Assembly (NCBI GenBank): GCA_965602395.1
Contig: CBFCYW010000001.1
Coordinates: 2,846 to 66,845, forward strand
Origin: an uncultured Chromatiales bacterium
GTDB taxonomy: Bacteria > Pseudomonadota > Gammaproteobacteria > CBFCYW01
Direction of reading: 5' to 3'
DNA length: 64,000 nucleotides
Shown here: piece by piece, positions 1 to 8,789 of the stretch
Numbering within the stretch: position 1 is the stretch's first letter
Layout of the letters: every line of letters starts with the position of its first letter
Notes under the pieces: model-generated
The model's database searches: none
Told to the model about the DNA's origin: nothing
The model's input: only the letters and a program-made list of their open reading frames with translations
Program-made: the position numbers and the translations under genes

Positions 1-1170
1 GCGCAGCGACCGGGGGTGATCTCCTTCGCCGGCGGCCTGCCCAACGAGGCGGCGATGCCGGCGCTGGATCTGGCCGAGGTGCCGCCCGGCTACCGCCAGT
101 ACGGCCCCAGCGAGGGCGAGCCGGCACTGCGCGAGGCCATCGCCGGCGAGCTGCGCCAGCTCGGCATCGACTGCGCCGCGCAGCAGGTGCTGATCACCAG
201 CGGCTCGCAGCAGGGGCTGGATCTGCTGGCCAAATTGTTCATCGACGAGGGCACTCCCGTGGCGGTCGAATCGCCGACCTATCTCGCCGCATTGCAGCTG
301 TTCGAGCTGTTCGGCGCCGCACTGCACGGCCTGCCGGCGGGCGAATCCGGGCCGGATGCGCGCGCGGCAGCGGAAATCCTGCACCGCGAGCGACCGGCGC
401 TGTGCTACCTGATCCCCAGCTTTCAGAACCCCACCGGGCGCTGCTACGACGCCGCCAGTCGCGCGGCGATGCGCGCCGTGCTGGCCGAATCCGGCAGCGT
501 GCTGATCGAGGACGAGCCCTACCGCGAGCTGGTCTACGATGCCGTCGAGCGGCGCCCGATCTGCGCCGGCCTGAGCGAGCGCTGGGCCTATCTGGGCAGC
601 TTTTCCAAAACCGGCATCCCCGCTCTGCGGATCGGCTTTCTGGCCGCCTCGCAGGAGCTGTTGCAGCCGCTGATCCGGCTCAAGCAGGCCACCGATCTGC
701 ACAGCAACCGCGTCGGCCAGTACTGGGCGCTGCGCGCCCTGCAGGCTGCGGATCGCGGCGCCCGGCTCGAACGCCTGCGCGATTTCTACCGCGGCCGGCG
801 CGATGCCATGGCTGCAGCGCTGGAGCGCCATCTCGGCGGCCACGGAGATCGGCTCGCCGATTGGCAACTGCCGGCCGGCGGGCTGTTTTTCTGGATTAAA
901 CTGCGCCGTGCGCAGGATACCGGCGAGCTGCTGCAGCGTGCGCTGGCGCAGGATCTGGCCTTCATGCCCGGTGATCCCTTCTTCCCCGGAGAGCCGGACG
1001 CCAGCTACCTGCGGCTGAACTTCAGCCACGCCACGGTGGCGCAGATCGACGAGGGCGTCGCGCGCCTGGCGTCGCTGCTGCGCCAGTCGGAGTTGCCGTC
1101 GGCAGCCGTTGCAGGCTTATCGGCAGGCCGCGCGCAAGAACGGTCAGCGACGGGAACCGAAGGTGACTGA
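1..1170 (+). CDS. PLP-dependent aminotransferase, class I/II (5' end cut by the window edge)
   Basis: The frame is open from base 1, with no stop upstream of the GTG at 16. Motifs [19 protein letters not shown] and [14 protein letters not shown] (PLP-lysine region) are typical of fold-type I aminotransferases. Confidence 0.8.
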   Translation, partial: AQRPGVISFAGGLPNEAAMPALDLAEVPPGYRQYGPSEGEPALREAIAGELRQLGIDCAAQQVLITSGSQQGLDLLAKLFIDEGTPVAVESPTYLAALQLFELFGAALHGLPAGESGPDARAAAEILHRERPALCYLIPSFQNPTGRCYDAASRAAMRAVLAESGSVLIEDEPYRELVYDAVERRPICAGLSERWAYLGSFSKTGIPALRIGFLAASQELLQPLIRLKQATDLHSNRVGQYWALRALQAADRGARLERLRDFYRGRRDAMAAALERHLGGHGDRLADWQLPAGGLFFWIKLRRAQDTGELLQRALAQDLAFMPGDPFFPGEPDASYLRLNFSHATVAQIDEGVARLASLLRQSELPSAAVAGLSAGRAQERSATGTEGD

Positions 1171-1891
1171 ATTAACCCGCCGCCGCGCCTTTATCGAAGG
1201 CGCTCGCGACACCCTGCCGATGATCGTCGGCGCGATCCCCTTCGGCATTCTCTTCGGCGCGCTGGCGGTCACCAGTGGCCTGTCGCCGGCGGCGGCGCTG
1301 GGGATGTCGCTGCTGGTGTTCGCCGGCTCGGCGCAGTTCGTCGCCGCCGGGTTGCTGGGGCAGGGCGTGGGCGTGGCGCTGATCGTGCTGACCACCTTCG
1401 TCGTCAATCTGCGCCATGCCCTGTACGCGGCGACGCTGGGGCCGCATCTGCGCGGCCTGTCGCAGCGCTGGCTGGCGCCGCTGGGTTTCTGGCTCACCGA
1501 CGAGACCTTCGCCGTGGTCATCCACCGCTACCAGCAGCAGCCGCGGATGCCGCAGCGCCAGTGGTACTACCTGGGCTCGGCGCTGGCGATGTACGCCAAC
1601 TGGCAGCTGTGCACGCTGGTGGGCATCGTCGCCGGCAGTCAGCTCGCCGGGCTGGCCGAATGGGGGCTGGAGTTCGCGATGGTCGCCACTTTCATCGGCA
1701 TCATCGTGCCGCGCATCGTCAATCGACCGATGCTGATCTGCGCCCTGGTCGCCGGCGCGGTGGCGCTGCTGGCGCGCGGCTTGCCGCACCAGCTGGGGCT
1801 GATGGCCGGCGCGCTGGCCGGCATCGCCGCCGGCGTGCTGGCCGAGCGCTGCGCCGGCGCTGAATCGACGGCAGAGGAACGCGTGTCATGA
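1163..1891 (+). CDS. azlC: AzlC family branched-chain amino acid exporter subunit
   Basis: Polytopic membrane protein with AzlC-like [17 protein letters not shown]...[11 protein letters not shown] prefer the in-frame GTG at 1163 (8-nt overlap with the upstream stop) over the ORF-track start at 1109. The stop overlaps the azlD ATG (ATGA). Confidence 0.75.
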   Translation: MTELTRRRAFIEGARDTLPMIVGAIPFGILFGALAVTSGLSPAAALGMSLLVFAGSAQFVAAGLLGQGVGVALIVLTTFVVNLRHALYAATLGPHLRGLSQRWLAPLGFWLTDETFAVVIHRYQQQPRMPQRQWYYLGSALAMYANWQLCTLVGIVAGSQLAGLAEWGLEFAMVATFIGIIVPRIVNRPMLICALVAGAVALLARGLPHQLGLMAGALAGIAAGVLAERCAGAESTAEERVS

Positions 1892-2220
1892 GCGGCTGGA
1901 ACAGCGATGAGTGGCTGATGATCGCCGGGATGATGGCGGTGACCTTTGCGGTGCGCTACCCGCTGCTGGCGCTGGCCGGACGGCGCGAGCTGCCCAAAGC
2001 CATCGCCCGTGCGCTGAACTATGTGCCGGTGGCCGTGCTGACGGCGATCTGCGTACCGATGGTGCTGCTGCCGGCTGGCGAATGGGCCCTGTCGGCGAGC
2101 AATCCGTGGTTGCTGGGGGCGATGGCATCGGTGCTGGTGAGTTGGCGCAAGCGTCATTTGCTGGGCACGATTGGCGCTGGATTGCTGGTGTTTTTCGCCG
2201 CGCGCTGGCTTTTGGGCTGA
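1888..2220 (+). CDS. azlD: AzlD family branched-chain amino acid transport protein
   Basis: 110-aa hydrophobic protein immediately after azlC and coupled to it by an ATGA overlap, the classic azlCD pair. Confidence 0.75.
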   Translation: MSGWNSDEWLMIAGMMAVTFAVRYPLLALAGRRELPKAIARALNYVPVAVLTAICVPMVLLPAGEWALSASNPWLLGAMASVLVSWRKRHLLGTIGAGLLVFFAARWLLG

Positions 2221-2354
2221 GCCGTCGGTGAATGGTTTTTTTGGGGGGAGGGCGAATTTCAGGCGGGCGGGATCCTGCCGGCCCTGGCGTAGACCCCGGG
2301 CGGCCCGCTCGCGCTGGCACGAGCCGGGGCGCGCTGCGCCGCCAGCCGGCTGGC

Positions 2355-2897
2355 TCAGCGCTTTTTCAGCAGCACATACACCGCCCCGGTGCCGCCGTCC
2401 TCCGGCCGCGCCGAGCAGAAGGCCAGCACTTCGCGACGCTGGCGCAGCCAGTGATCGAGCAGTGGCTTGAGCACCGGACCGCGATCGACCCGCTTGCGCC
2501 CCTTGCCGTGGATGATGCGCACGCAGCGCCGGTCGTGTTCGCGCGCCGCCTGCAGGAACAGCGGCACTTCGCTGGCCGCCTCGCCGGCGCTGAGACCGTG
2601 CAGATCCAGCTCCGCCTGAATCGCGTAGGCGCCGCGGCGCAGTTTGCGCAGCACCGCCTGCTGCACCCCTTCGCGGGCGAAGGCGAGGTGTTCGCCGGTG
2701 TCCAGCTCGGCCGGGTCGATCTGTGCGGACAGCAGCTCGCCCATCACCGCGCGCTCGTCGGCCTCGCGCTGGCGCGGCCGCGCGCCGGGCGGTCGCGGCC
2801 GCGAGTCGTGGCGGTCGTTGCGTACCGGGCGCACCTCGCCGACCGCGTCGCGGAACAGCGCGAGTTCTTCTGCGGAAATGCGTGGCTTGTCGCTCAT
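2355..2897 (-). CDS. Smr/MutS2-family small endonuclease domain protein
   Basis: The C-terminal Smr domain (ELDLHGLSAGEA...RCVRIIHGKGRK...VLKPLLDHWL) starts from MSDKPRIS at 2897. The longer ORF-track N-terminus is an R/G/A-rich artefact. Confidence 0.8.
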   Translation of the reverse strand: MSDKPRISAEELALFRDAVGEVRPVRNDRHDSRPRPPGARPRQREADERAVMGELLSAQIDPAELDTGEHLAFAREGVQQAVLRKLRRGAYAIQAELDLHGLSAGEAASEVPLFLQAAREHDRRCVRIIHGKGRKRVDRGPVLKPLLDHWLRQRREVLAFCSARPEDGGTGAVYVLLKKR

Positions 2898-3011
2898 GGC
2901 GCGATTATGGGTGCAGTGCGGCGGCGGTGAAAGGGGCCGGGCGAAAAGCCCGCCGCGCGCGCCGGCTATCCCAAGCGATAGCTGGCGGAGGCGCCGCCGG
3001 ACGGCTAGTCT

Positions 3012-3992
3012 GTGCGCCCCGCGATGCCGACCCGACTGCGCCGCACAGCCATGTTGCCCCGCCCGATAGCCCATTCCCCGCTGCTCGGATTGCTGCTCGC
3101 CAGCGCACTGTCGCTGCTGCTCGCCCCGCTGGCGGCGGCTTCGGTTTTGCAGCCGGGCCAGCGCGTCTGGCTGCGGATGGATAGCGACAATCTGCGCGAC
3201 GACGGTTACGCCGTGGGTCTGCTGCTTGAAGTCACCGGCGACAGTGCCACGCTGCGCGTCAAGGAGTGGGTCGAAGGCCCGGGGCGCACCCTGTACGGCA
3301 GTTGCCGCACCGGTCCGGGCGGTTTTCAGGCAGCGGTCGGTGCCGCTGAGCTGGCTGCCGAGGCCGCCACCGGAAGCGAGCCGGCGATCGCCGGCGTGCC
3401 GCTGGCGCTGCTCAGCGATTGGCGCAGCGGACGCCACCGCTTTTTACAGCGCGAGCAGTTGGCGACGATTTTCTTCCGCTGGAACGGCGATGCCGAGCAA
3501 CAATCCATCGGCCTGCCGGCGCGGCGCGCGCGGATGGCCGCGGCGCGCGCCGCCGAGCTGGGGCTGCCGCGGGTGGCGGCGGCCTTCGCCCTGGTCGAGG
3601 CGGATCTGCGCGCCGCCGGTGCCGATGGCTTTCCGCGGCCCGCGGTGCAGCAGATAGCGGCCTGGCCGGCGGCGCTGGACGGTGTCGAGGCGGTGCTGGT
3701 GAGCTACCCCGATGTGGCGCTGGAGCTGCGTCCGATGGCTGCGGATCTGCTCTGGCTGGCCTTGGAGCGGCTGGCCCTGCGGATGCGCGCGCGGCTTGCC
3801 GAGCTGGCGGCGCTGGAGCCGGATCTGGACGCGGCATTGCGGCGCTGGCCGCAGCTGCTGGAGGTGTGGCGCGAGCATCGGCACTGGCTGCGATTGCCGC
3901 CGCTGCAGCGGGGGGAGCCATCGAAGCGGGCGGCGGGGTTGGCCACCGGCGCCGAGGCGCGCCGCGCCTGGGCGGCAATCGATAATTTTTAG
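3012..3992 (+). CDS. hypothetical exported protein
   Basis: N-terminal hydrophobic signal-like segment (LLGLLLASALSLLLAPLAAASV). Codon bias resembles the neighbouring genes and I recognise no family. An alternative start is at 3051. Confidence 0.45.
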   Translation: MRPAMPTRLRRTAMLPRPIAHSPLLGLLLASALSLLLAPLAAASVLQPGQRVWLRMDSDNLRDDGYAVGLLLEVTGDSATLRVKEWVEGPGRTLYGSCRTGPGGFQAAVGAAELAAEAATGSEPAIAGVPLALLSDWRSGRHRFLQREQLATIFFRWNGDAEQQSIGLPARRARMAAARAAELGLPRVAAAFALVEADLRAAGADGFPRPAVQQIAAWPAALDGVEAVLVSYPDVALELRPMAADLLWLALERLALRMRARLAELAALEPDLDAALRRWPQLLEVWREHRHWLRLPPLQRGEPSKRAAGLATGAEARRAWAAIDNF

Positions 3993-4004
3993 CGGGAGTG
4001 GAGC

Positions 4005-4517
4005 ATGCAAGTCGGCAGAAATCGCGTGGTGTACATGGAATATCGCGCCTGGAACGAGCGCGGCGAGCTGGTGGAAACCACCGAGGGCAACGGCGCCTTC
4101 GCCTATCTGCACGGTCGCGGCAATATCCTGCCGGGGCTGGAGGCGGCGCTGGAGGGGGCCGCGGTCGGCGACACGGCGCGGGTCACGCTGACGGCGGAGC
4201 AGGCCTACGGCGAGCGCGTCGCCGAGGCCTGCGTGACGGTGCCGCGCGGCCAGTTGGCGGCCGGCGTGCGCGGCGAACTCGGCGAGCGGGTGCAGATCCA
4301 GGGGCCGGATGGCATCGTCGAGTTCACCATCACTGCGCTCGACGGCGACGCGGTGACGCTGGACGCCAACCACCCGCTGGCCGGGCAGGCGCTGACGTTT
4401 GAAGTCGAGGTCACCGCGGTGCGCATGCCGCACAAGGATGAGGTTCGCCACAAACGCCTGCACCACGCAGGGCATCATCTGATGGTCAGCGATTCTTCGC
4501 GATTCGATGACGACTGA
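4005..4517 (+). CDS. slyD: FKBP-type peptidyl-prolyl cis-trans isomerase, SlyD-like
   Basis: GGAG RBS upstream. Motifs VVYMEYRAWNERGELVE...LHGRGNILPGLEAALEG...ANHPLAGQALTFEVEV, followed by a His-rich tail (HKRLHHAGHH). Confidence 0.85.
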   Translation: MQVGRNRVVYMEYRAWNERGELVETTEGNGAFAYLHGRGNILPGLEAALEGAAVGDTARVTLTAEQAYGERVAEACVTVPRGQLAAGVRGELGERVQIQGPDGIVEFTITALDGDAVTLDANHPLAGQALTFEVEVTAVRMPHKDEVRHKRLHHAGHHLMVSDSSRFDDD

Positions 4518-4561
4518 AGCGCTCGCTCACCGCCCCGGCCCGCGTTGCCCGCGCGATCCGC

Positions 4562-4611
4562 GCAGGCACAAAAAAGCCCGGCTTTGAGTCGCCGGGCTTT
4601 TTTGTGCCTGC
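4562..4611. terminator. bidirectional rho-independent terminator between convergent slyD and soxD-like genes
   Basis: Perfect inverted repeat AGGCACAAAAAAGCCCGGC / GCCGGGCTTTTTTGTGCCT around an 8-nt loop. The GC core is flanked by A6 and T6, so it reads as a hairpin plus U-tract on both strands. Confidence 0.8.
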
Positions 4612-4665
4612 CAGATGCGCCGCGATCAGCGGTTGCGATCTGGCGGGCTTCAGCCTCTCTCAGCG

Positions 4666-5316
4666 CTAGTCTTCATCAACCTTGGGGATCGCGCCCACCG
4701 ATACATCGCCGACCACCGCCTTGCCGCGGATCTCCGGTTCGACGTCGTAGCAGTCCTGCATGCAGCGGGTGTTCTGCACGTCGGGGCGATCGTCGCTCCA
4801 GAAGCTGTCCTCGTTGGGCATCTTCAGGTTGCGCAGGAAGTCGGCATCGACCCGCTGGTCGTACTCGACCATGTCTTCCATGTTGAGCATGTAGGCGACG
4901 ATGCCGTAGACCTCGTTGTCGCTCAGCGTTTGCGGCGCGAAGAAGGGCATGGCGCGGCGCACGTAGTCGAAGATGCCCGGCGCGTTGTGCCAGTAGCTGC
5001 CGATGGTTTTTTCCGGGCGGTCGCCGGTGAGCGAGTCGCGCGAGCCGCCGGCCAGCGGCAGGTAGCCGCGTGCGCCCTCGCCGAAATCGCCGTGGCACAT
5101 GGCGCATTTGCTCAGGTAGACCGGCTCGCCTTCTTCGGCGCTGGCGCCGCCCGGCGGCAGGTTGTCGCCCAGATAGTTGACATCGATATCCCACAGCGCG
5201 AGGTCTTGCTCGGTGATGGTGGTGCCGATGCTGCTCCAGTCGGCGGCCACCGCGCTGCCGGCAAAGGCCAGCGCCGCGCCGAGCAACGGGGCCTTAAACA
5301 TTGACGATCTGGACAT
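4666..5316 (-). CDS. soxD: monohaem c-type cytochrome, SoxD/SorB-like partner of the molybdoenzyme
   Basis: Signal peptide (MFKAPLLGAALAFAGSAVA) and a single CAMCH haem-binding motif. It overlaps the 3' end of the upstream molybdopterin subunit gene. Confidence 0.7.
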   Translation of the reverse strand: MSRSSMFKAPLLGAALAFAGSAVAADWSSIGTTITEQDLALWDIDVNYLGDNLPPGGASAEEGEPVYLSKCAMCHGDFGEGARGYLPLAGGSRDSLTGDRPEKTIGSYWHNAPGIFDYVRRAMPFFAPQTLSDNEVYGIVAYMLNMEDMVEYDQRVDADFLRNLKMPNEDSFWSDDRPDVQNTRCMQDCYDVEPEIRGKAVVGDVSVGAIPKVDED

Positions 5317-6643
5317 TCTTCACCTCCCCGTCGGGCATCACGCGCCACACCTGCTGCGAGTTCTTGTGATAGATGTTGTTGGTGCCGCGGGCTTCGCGCA
5401 GCTGGGTCAGGGTGGGCTGCACGTAGCCGGTCTCGTCCACCGCGCGCGAGACGATCAGCGCCTCTTCACCGTGCCACTGCCAGGGGATGGTGAAGCGGGT
5501 CAGCGCTTTGGACAGCACCGGCTCCATCAGTTTGGCTTCGCGCCAGTTTTTGCCGCCATCGACGGAGACATCGACGTGGCTGATCTTGCCGCGACCGGAC
5601 CAGGCCAGGCCGCGGATCTCCTGAAAACCCTGCGCTTTGATGCGCTTGTCCGGGCAGGGGTAGGTGATCACCGAATTGGCTTCCTGATAGAAGCTGAACT
5701 GGCGCGCTTTGCCGTCGGGCATCAGGTCGGTGTAGCGCGAGTTCTCCTCGCGGTGCACCCAGGGCTTGTCGCCGAACTTCAGCCGGCGCAGCCACTTGAC
5801 GCTGACGTTGGCCTCCATGCCGGGGATCAGCAGGCGGATCGGGTGGCCCTGCTCGGGGCGCAGCGGCTCGCCGTTCTGGGCGTAGACGACCATCGCATCC
5901 TTGAGCATCTCCGCGCCGTCGGGGATGTCCTTGCCGTACTGGTCCCTGGCGCCCAGCAGCGGCAGCGAGCGGGTCATCGCCGAGGCGTCGCCGCCCTCGG
6001 CGAGCATCCAGGTCGCATCCGGCTCGACGCCGGCGGCCTCCATCAGCGTGCTCAGCTTGACGCCGGTCCACTCCGAGCAGGAGAGCATGCCGTGGGTGAA
6101 CTGGATCGAATCCATCTGCACACCCTTCCACTCCATGCCGCCGTTGGCCGGGCATTCGAGGAAGTGGATCGCGGTGTGCTGCGGGAAGCGGCGCAGGTCT
6201 TCGCGGGTCAGTTTCAGCGGCCGCTTGACCTTGCCGTGCAGCACCAGCAGATGCTTGTCCGGATCGACGTCCGGGCAGCCGCCGTGGTAGCGCTCAAAGT
6301 GCAGGCCGCCGGGGGTGATGATGCCGTGCATGTCCTGAATCGGCGAAAAGCTGATCGAGGCGATGGTGTCCGGGGTCAGCCACTCGACGTTGCGTCGCAG
6401 GATATCGGCCTCAAACTTGGACGGCTTGCCGTAGGGCACGCTGACCACGCCGCGGCCGAGAAACTTGTTGGATTCGGGGATCGGCAGCGGCTCGGCGGCC
6501 GCCGGTGCCGCAGCGCCAAGCAGCCCGCCGCCAGCCAGGGATGTGCCGGCCAGTGCTGCGCTGTCGCGCAGAAACTTGCGGCGCGTGCCGGATTGCGGCT
6601 GTTGTTCGGCCGGCGGCTGGCCAGTCGGAACCTTGTCGGGCAT
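5294..6643 (-). CDS. soxC: sulfite/sulfane dehydrogenase molybdopterin subunit (SoxC/SorA family)
   Basis: Twin-arginine signal (TRRKFLRDSAALAG). Sulfite-oxidase-family body (HFERYHGG, LECPANGG, SCSEWTGV, AQNGEPLRPEQGHPIRLLIPG). The start at 6643 follows a GGGAGG RBS; the upstream extension in the ORF track is rejected. Confidence 0.85.
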   Translation of the reverse strand: MPDKVPTGQPPAEQQPQSGTRRKFLRDSAALAGTSLAGGGLLGAAAPAAAEPLPIPESNKFLGRGVVSVPYGKPSKFEADILRRNVEWLTPDTIASISFSPIQDMHGIITPGGLHFERYHGGCPDVDPDKHLLVLHGKVKRPLKLTREDLRRFPQHTAIHFLECPANGGMEWKGVQMDSIQFTHGMLSCSEWTGVKLSTLMEAAGVEPDATWMLAEGGDASAMTRSLPLLGARDQYGKDIPDGAEMLKDAMVVYAQNGEPLRPEQGHPIRLLIPGMEANVSVKWLRRLKFGDKPWVHREENSRYTDLMPDGKARQFSFYQEANSVITYPCPDKRIKAQGFQEIRGLAWSGRGKISHVDVSVDGGKNWREAKLMEPVLSKALTRFTIPWQWHGEEALIVSRAVDETGYVQPTLTQLREARGTNNIYHKNSQQVWRVMPDGEVKNVQIVNV

Positions 6644-6937
6644 GAGAGCCTCCCGTGTTTTTCTTGTCGATTCTGGCGCGCCCGGCCGGTGCTTGCGGTG
6701 TCCGTAGCAGGCCGTCGCCAGAGCTGCAGTTTGCGCATCCGCCGTTGCTGCGCCGCGCGGCGCGGCCGCCACCGAGATTTAGAGGCCGGGGGGCAGACCG
6801 TGCGAAAAAATTGATCGGAGCCGATCTCGTGGCGATGATATCCGCGTGCCGCCGAGCGGCAATACCACTCACGGGATAAGGTTTTGCGCGGCCCTCGACA
6901 AGGGCTTTGCACAGGGCCGCACAAGGGAGACGGACAG

Positions 6938-7339
6938 ATGAGCGATAAACGTGTGCCGGACGATGCCGAATTGCGTCAGCGCCTGGGCGAGCAGGCCTAC
7001 CGGGTGACTCGCGAGGGCGCCACCGAGCGCGCCTTCAGCGGCCGCTACCACGCTCACAAGGGCAGCGGCATCTATCGCTGCGTGTGTTGCGCTGCGGTGC
7101 TGTTCGACTCGGCGCAGAAATATGATTCCGGCAGCGGCTGGCCGAGCTACTGGGCGCCGGCCGCCGGCGCGCGGATCGAGGAGCGCAGCGACCGCAGCCA
7201 CGGCATGTTGCGCACCGAGGTGCGCTGCGCCACCTGCCAGGCGCATCTGGGCCACGTCTTTCCGGACGGCCCGCCGCCGAGCGGGCTGCGCTATTGCATC
7301 AATTCGGCAGCGCTGGATTTTGTCGCCGCCAGCGACTAG
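6938..7339 (+). CDS. msrB: peptide-methionine (R)-S-oxide reductase
   Basis: Two CxxC pairs (CVCC, CATC) and the GWPSY / RTEVRC / HLGHVF / RYCINS motifs. Confidence 0.9.
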   Translation: MSDKRVPDDAELRQRLGEQAYRVTREGATERAFSGRYHAHKGSGIYRCVCCAAVLFDSAQKYDSGSGWPSYWAPAAGARIEERSDRSHGMLRTEVRCATCQAHLGHVFPDGPPPSGLRYCINSAALDFVAASD

Positions 7340-7372
7340 TGCGCCGCCGGGCGGCTTTGCTGCGGCGGCGGT

Positions 7373-8434
7373 TCAGTCGGCGAGGTCGGTACTGGCCGCC
7401 GTGCTCTGATCCTCGTTTGCCGGGCTGTCGCCGCCGTCCAGCCAGTTGAGCACCAGCTGCGCCAGCGCCGCGGCCTGCGGCGCGCTGTCGGTGAATGTCG
7501 GCAGATTGCACTGCGCGGCGATTTCGCGCGCCGCGCGTTCGGCATCGGCGGCCTGCCTGGCGCGCAGGCTGACGGCCAGAACCTGCACGCCGGCGGCGCG
7601 CAACTCGGCGAGCTTGTCGGCCACCGGCCGCGCCTTGCCGGCATTCGGTGAGTGCTGCAGGATCGCCGCCGCAGCGCCGGCGGCGCGCGCCAGCTCGCCA
7701 TCGTCGATGGCGTGGCGGCTGCTGTGGCTTTCGATCAGGACCAGCTCGGCGCGGGTCTCGCGGTCGCACTGCTCGACCACCGCGGTCAGCGCTGGCAGCA
7801 CCTGGGTGTCTTGCAGCGCGTCCATCACCAGGCCGAATCGCCCGCCTTGCAGCCAGCCGGTCTGGCCGGTGTAGATCAGCTCGGCGCGGCGCTCGGCGTG
7901 GCGCAGAGCCTTGAGCAGCTGGCGCGCGGTGGTGTGCTTGCCGACCGCGGCGCCGGTGCCGAGCACCGCCAGGCGACGGCTGCTGGCCCGGTTCGCGGGG
8001 TCGGCGGTGGGCAGTTGCGCGGGTGCTGCGCAGAGGTCGATCAGCTCCACTTTGGCGGCGCGCGCCAGGGCGGCGATCTCCTCGTCCTCGGCGAGCCGCT
8101 GCGCCAGCGGGTTGACCACGGGCAGGCCGTTTTTGAGCGCGTCGCGCACCAGCGCGCGCAGCGCGTCGTCGAGCCGGCCGTCGTCGGTGGCCATGCCGAT
8201 GATGCAGTATTCGGGAGTCTGGCGGCTCTCGTCGATGGCTTCGTCGATGCTCGCCACCACCGGCATGCCGCGGTGTTTGCCGTCCAGCAGGCTGCCGGCG
8301 TCGCCCTCGTCACAGTCGGGGTCGACCACCGCGCAGACCCGAAAACGCTCGCCGCCACGGATCAGTGCGTGGGCGATTCTGCCGGCTTCGTGAAGCAGCG
8401 CGCCGGGGACGAGAACGAGGGCGGGAACACGCAT
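7373..8434 (-). CDS. DUF1611 domain protein (DgcN-like)
   Basis: The segment LAVLGTGAAVGKHTTARQLL...IYTGQTGWLQGG...VLIESHSS matches my memory of the DUF1611 P-loop-like core. The start at 8434 is MRVPALVLV. Confidence 0.6.
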   Translation of the reverse strand: MRVPALVLVPGALLHEAGRIAHALIRGGERFRVCAVVDPDCDEGDAGSLLDGKHRGMPVVASIDEAIDESRQTPEYCIIGMATDDGRLDDALRALVRDALKNGLPVVNPLAQRLAEDEEIAALARAAKVELIDLCAAPAQLPTADPANRASSRRLAVLGTGAAVGKHTTARQLLKALRHAERRAELIYTGQTGWLQGGRFGLVMDALQDTQVLPALTAVVEQCDRETRAELVLIESHSSRHAIDDGELARAAGAAAAILQHSPNAGKARPVADKLAELRAAGVQVLAVSLRARQAADAERAAREIAAQCNLPTFTDSAPQAAALAQLVLNWLDGGDSPANEDQSTAASTDLAD

Positions 8435-8789
8435 GAAAGCAATCCCTTGGGCGTTATTTTTTGCCTGACTTATGAGCCCGTCCGAAGGCGATATCCCCAG
8501 CCATCGGGCGGGGTTGAGAGCCGCGGTTCGGGCGAATCGGAGTGTGCCGAGGGGGCTGCGGCTTGTCCAGATAGATAGCGCACAAAAAAATGCTGCCGCG
8601 ATTGTCTCAGCCGTTACAGAAAGGTGCGCCAAATCGTTTGTTGAAATTGTCGTAACGCTTCCGTAAAACATGTGTTTGGATCGACCCGGCGACAGAATCC
8701 GGGCGACGTCATCCAAAGTCTGTCACCACAGCGCGCCAGCGAGCGTGCAAAGGCAATCCGCAGAGCGATCTGCAAATGGAGGAAACCCG

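Noticed and set aside
2898-3437. Upstream 180-codon extension of the Smr ORF
   Set aside because: The extension has no homology-like content, while the Smr protein begins naturally at MSDKPRIS. It would also overlap the start of the divergent 3012 gene.
5177-6814. 545-aa plus-strand ORF
   Set aside because: It is antisense to the well-supported soxC-like gene and its translation lacks any domain signature.
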